Of a stretch of 64,000 nucleotides of DNA, positions 63,550 to 64,000 are shown piece after piece (within the stretch, counting starts at the first letter, position 1; every line of letters begins with the position of its first letter). Source of the stretch: Mobula hypostoma (Eukaryota); contig NC_086111.1 in the NCBI RefSeq assembly GCF_963921235.1, positions 23,250,001 to 23,314,000 of the forward strand, read 5' to 3'. A model generated the notes under the pieces. The model saw only the letters and a list, made by a program, of their open reading frames with translations. It was not told the origin of the DNA and ran no database searches. Position numbers and translations under genes: made by a program.

Positions 63550-64000
63550 TGTCATGGTCTGGTCCGTGAAGTCCGCATTCCGGTTCATGGTCCGGTCCAT
63601 CGATCCTTGCTCCAAGTTTTCCTGTCTACCCTGTTTCTGTTCCTGTCGAGCACTAATTGAGGCAGCTGATTCTCGTTGGGGCTGGCTGCATAAATACCTC
63701 CAGAGTCCAGGGTGTGGCTGCTGGATTGTTCTTGTCCTTACTCCTTGTATCCCTTCCCCTGCCTTCTGTTTCCTTGCCTGAAGCCTTGCCTTGTCTTGCC
63801 GGTAACTCTCGCCTCACCTAAAGCTCTTGTCCCGCCTTGCCTTGTCTTGCTGGTAACTCTCGCCTTGTCTCGCCTGAAGTCTTGTCCTGGAGCCACCCTG
63901 TACCTAGCTCCCTTCCTGTCCCTTGCCTCCGTCGGGTAAGTCAGGCCATCTTGCCGTTACCCTGCAGTTGGTTCTGTCCCTTCCTGTCCCTTGCCTCTGT
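63550..64000 (+). mobile_element. Probable LTR start, running off the window
   Basis: Begins TGTCA, has a TATA-like CATAAATA at about 63689 and short internal direct repeats. The other end is not visible. Confidence 0.45.

Noticed and set aside
57250-64000. RASSF1A C1-domain exons
   Set aside because: No Cys/His C1 pattern was found. The Cys-rich ORFs here are PLE-derived or spurious, so these exons are presumably beyond the window.

Overview
Vertebrate genomic DNA. The repeat families suggest a cartilaginous fish, probably a ray (inference). Two minus-strand genes are supported. (1) A complete 5-coding-exon RASSF1 isoform-C gene: 56894-56781, 48170-48066, 46038-45735, 42973-42858, 38058-37912. 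It encodes 261 aa, all introns are GT-AG and in phase, and the 3'UTR runs to about 35580. (2) Coding exon 1 of TUSC2 (10891-10743) with a CpG-rich promoter. The RASSF1-TUSC2 order and orientation match human 3p21.3. The rest is largely transposon debris: CR1 and Rex-Babar LINEs, L1, Penelope-like elements (PLEs), Tigger, Tc1 and hAT derivatives, SINEs and a probable LTR, plus a 142-N assembly gap. The most notable non-coding signal is a family of minimal type I hammerhead ribozyme motifs in the PLE termini. Two intact copies flank the TUSC2 promoter, one of them sense in intron 1, and a CUGCYGA core variant recurs. Other observations are an L1 twin-priming insertion with a CR1 exactly at its inversion junction, a three-layer composite DNA transposon, a ~245-bp inverted duplication next to a RASSF1 acceptor, and conserved RASSF1C-like coding sequence upstream of the first AUG. 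Gene and family assignments rest on recalled sequences; no database searches were run.
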